Shown here: in pieces, positions 60,910 to 64,000 of the stretch
Position numbering within the stretch: the first letter of the stretch is position 1
Layout of the letters: the number at the start of each line of letters is the position of its first letter
Source: Phyllosticta citribraziliensis
Taxonomy: Eukaryota
Reading direction: 5' to 3'
Assembly: GCF_038025025.1 (NCBI RefSeq)
Contig: NW_027117352.1
Location: 186,001-250,000 of the forward strand
DNA length: 64,000 nucleotides
Program-made: the position numbers and the translations under genes
Notes under the pieces: generated by a model
What the model saw: the letters and a program-made list of their open reading frames with translations, nothing else
What the model was told of the DNA's origin: nothing
The model's database searches: none

Positions 60910-62831
60910 ATGCAATCGTACCTTCAGTTCCGCCGCATTGGCCTTGCGGCACAGGCACAAATCCAGCGCGACCTGGAAAAGGCTCAGCTGGTCACCATCA
61001 AGCCGCAACCGGCTGAGAACCTCGTGCCGCGCTCTTCAAGCTCCGAAAAGGACCCGCATGAAGGCGAGGAGCCAAGGGAGGAAGACGACAAGGCATCAAG
61101 TGACAAGGATATTGAGAGTGGGGATCAGGTGAATGAAAACGAAAATCAGGTTGAAAAGGCCGAGTCACTCGATTCGTCGCCAGCCCACGGGTCGTCCGCC
61201 TCCACCAATTCTTCGGATTTAGCTGAGATCCAGCCAGTTGAGATAGAGCGGCACCATACGGCAACCACTGTACAGACGCAATACACGGCCAGGGCCGCAC
61301 TCGGCCACACGCTTACGGGAATCCACGCGCGCGACAGGCAGACGCACGAAGGCGCCGGCGGCAAGGTTTTTGTCGTCGGCTGGGAGGGCGAGCTTGATCC
61401 CACATGGCCACGAAACTGGAGCCACTTCAAACGAACGGGGGTTACTCTGCAGATTTCGGCCATTGCCTTTGTCGTGACTGCCGCCTCCGCGATCGATTCG
61501 ACCATCCTACCACAAGCAGCCGAGGAATTCGGTGTTAGCGAAGTTGTAGAGTCTCTTGCGACAGGTTAGATCAATTAGTGCATGTGCAGATCTTGACTGA
61601 CGGGTCGAAAGGCATCTACTTGGTTGGCTTCGGCCTTGGCTCGCTGATCGCAGGCCCCTTTTCAGAGACCTTTGGTCGCAATGCCGTCTACATGGGGTCT
61701 CTATTCATCTTCATGATTTGGATCATGGCTTCAGGTCTTGCCCCAAATATTGGCGCGCAGATTGCTTTCCGCTTTCTGGCCGGTTTTTGTGCTTCGACTC
61801 CCTTGGTCTGTTCGGGTGGATCCATCTCCGATCTCTACAATCCGCTGGAGAAAACTTATGGATTTCCTCTCTACGCACTTTCTGCTTTCATTGGACCCAT
61901 CCTCGCCCCAGTCATTGGCAGCTACATCGGACCCTCGTCTGCGATTAGCTGGAGGTGGACTGAGTGGGTCTGCCTGATCATGGCCGGTTTGGTCTTGGTC
62001 ATTTGCATAGCGGCAATGCCCGAGACATACGGCCCTTTGCTGCTGACCTGGAAGGCCGCACACTTACGCCAGATTACTGGAGACGACCGCTTCCGCGCCG
62101 AGCATGAGATTGTGGACTCGACGCTCTTCTCCCGCCTCAAAGTCGCCATGACTCGACCCTTCCTCATGTTGACGGAGCCAATTGTCATGTCGATGACTCT
62201 CTACCTCACGGTCGTCTACATTGTCCTTTTCACCTTCTTGGACGGCTACACCTACATTTTTCAGGAAACGTACGGCATCTCCCAAGGACTCACGAATGTA
62301 ATCTTCGTCGCCATGTTCTTGGGTGTCCTCTCGGTCGGCTTCCTCATTCCGCCCATTTACCGCATGACTGTCAACGAGCTCGAGCGCGCGCGCACAAAGG
62401 GAGAGAAGATGTTCAACCCAGAAGTTCGCCTCTGGTTCTGCATGCTTGGAGCCGCTCCCGCCATTCCGATTTCTCTGTTCTGGATGGGCTGGACCGCATA
62501 CCCGAACATCTCCATCTGGTCTCCCATCATCGCCTCCTTTGTCTTTGGCTTCGGCATCACAGGAATCTTCATCACAGCGTACATGTACATCATCGACTCG
62601 TACGAAGTGTACAGTGCCTCGGCGCTGACATTTGTGTCGCTGGTGAGATATGTCGTAGCGGGTGGAATGACGGTCGTCGGCATTCCCTTCTACGAGAACT
62701 TGGGCACGCATTACACATGCACAATTCTTGCTTGCATCTCCACTCTGCTGGTCCCGATCCCGTACATCTTTTACAAGTATGGATACATAATCCGGCGCAA
62801 CAGCAAGTACGCTGTCTCGAGAGAGGTGTGA
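60910..62831 (+). CDS. MFS drug:H+ antiporter, DHA1 family (Tpo/Flr-like), 2 exons
   Basis: VGWEGELDPTWPRNWS; GPFSETFGRNAVY; FRFLAGF; WRWTEW; MPETYGPLLL; PEVRL; YIIDSYEVYSASAL. Confidence 0.93.
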
Positions 62832-63246
62832 TCGGACCACGGTTCGAGGACTATGGACACAAAAAGACTTCAGCATCAGGCAACGCATCTTACGGCCGCA
62901 TTTTCCAGACCAATCACGGACGAATCGCAAACCAGGCGCACTCAATCACGGGTCCAGGAGAAATTGAGACCATGGCCAACCAATAGACGGAGGATTCAAA
63001 GCCCTGGTATGGCCAGTCATATTTTCCAGCAGACGAATCGCAAAAGGCGGTGCTCCTATTGATGAGCCCGGAGAAAATTGAGACCAACATGACCAACGAA
63101 GAACGGGAGGATTTCATGGCTTGATCTGTCATCCAGACTCTTTTCATTTCTTTTTAGTACTAATTTAATAGACGTAATTTTCACGCTCTTCCATCTTCAA
63201 CAATTCTTTTTTTCCTCATTCCAGACACACTTCGTCTACTCACATT

Positions 63247-64000
63247 CTACAGTTTAACACCCAGCTCCCTCTTCGTTTGCTCTCGCAGTTGATTTTTCAA
63301 AGTCTTGCCACCTGCGTTCTTGGGGATAGAATCGACCACCTTCACGCCGCCCTCTAATTTCTTGTATTTCGCCAGCCTCTCCGCGACATGATCGAACACT
63401 TCTTTCTCCGACAACTTGGCGCCCTGGTTTCTCACGACATATGCGCGCGGCAACTCGGACCCGTCTCTCGTCAGCACGACGCCAATGACGGCTGCCTCTG
63501 CAATCGCAGGGTGGCTGAGCAGCACGCCTTCTATCTCTGCCGGCGCCACTTGGAAACCGCGGACTTTTATAAGCTCCTATGTGCACAATTAGCTTTGATG
63601 GCACTGTCAGCGCTGGAGCTGTGCTCGCCTTCTTCCGGTCAACAATGTACCAAGACTCGGTTTGCGCATCGCGGTACGCGACGTCGCCCGTATGGAAGTA
63701 GCCTTCGGCGTCAAAGTCTCGCGCATTTGCTTCATCGTTACGGTGGTAGCCGCGGATGATGATCGGACCGCGCACGCAGAGCTCGCCGCGGGTGTTGAAG
63801 GCCGAGATGTCGTTTCCTGAGTGGAAAGGTTCAGCGCTTGTGCTTCTTCAAGTCTACAGCACTCCCTCGCTCCAAAGAAAAGCTCACCAGCATCATCCAC
63901 GATCTTCGCGTCCAGGTTCGGAATGTTGCGCCCAACGCCACCAGTGCGATCTTCCTCGGGCCAGTACAGCATCGTCGCAATCCCACTCGTCTCGCTCATG
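63247..64000 (-). CDS. AMP-binding acyl-CoA ligase (4-coumarate/phenylacetyl-CoA ligase-like), 3' part only; 5' end lies beyond the window
   Basis: MSET, GELCVRGPIIIRGY, YFHTGDVAY, IVDRKK|ELIKVRGFQVAPAEIEGVLLSHP, IPKNAGGKTLK; C-terminal VKL is PTS1-like. Confidence 0.92.

Noticed and set aside
1..64000. Transposons, RIP-degraded repeats, rRNA or tRNA genes
   Set aside because: I saw no transposase/RT motifs, terminal repeats, strongly AT-rich RIP tracts or recognisable RNA genes by eye. tRNAscan-SE, Infernal and RepeatMasker were not run.

Overview
Eukaryotic, intron-containing DNA from a filamentous ascomycete (Pezizomycotina-type GT/GC-AG introns with CTRAY branch sites; the species cannot be determined from sequence alone). 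The conserved core genes are PHO84, an FHA-domain SNIP1/Pml1-like gene, a large coiled-coil/Pro-rich gene, a NAB3-like RRM gene, ICT1/PTH4, UTP6, CWH43, a Mid2-like membrane gene, an F-box gene, a TDT/Mae1 transporter, a DHA1 MFS transporter and a partial acyl-CoA ligase. Two accessory systems stand out. (1) A family of at least seven small three-exon genes that the ORF track sees only in fragments or not at all: five head-to-tail on the minus strand at 1.3-11.5 kb and two on the plus strand at 29.3-32.1 kb. They encode 89-234 aa single-pass membrane proteins that share a gap-free S-x-E-A-x13-P TM motif and two phase-1 introns, with hypervariable tails. (2) A fungal gasdermin (HET-Q1/RCD-1-like) clustered with a TPR-subtilisin S8 protease (HET-Q2-like), with a large single-pass membrane protein gene between them (50.5-56.8 kb). 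All gene models were spliced by eye and no database search was run.
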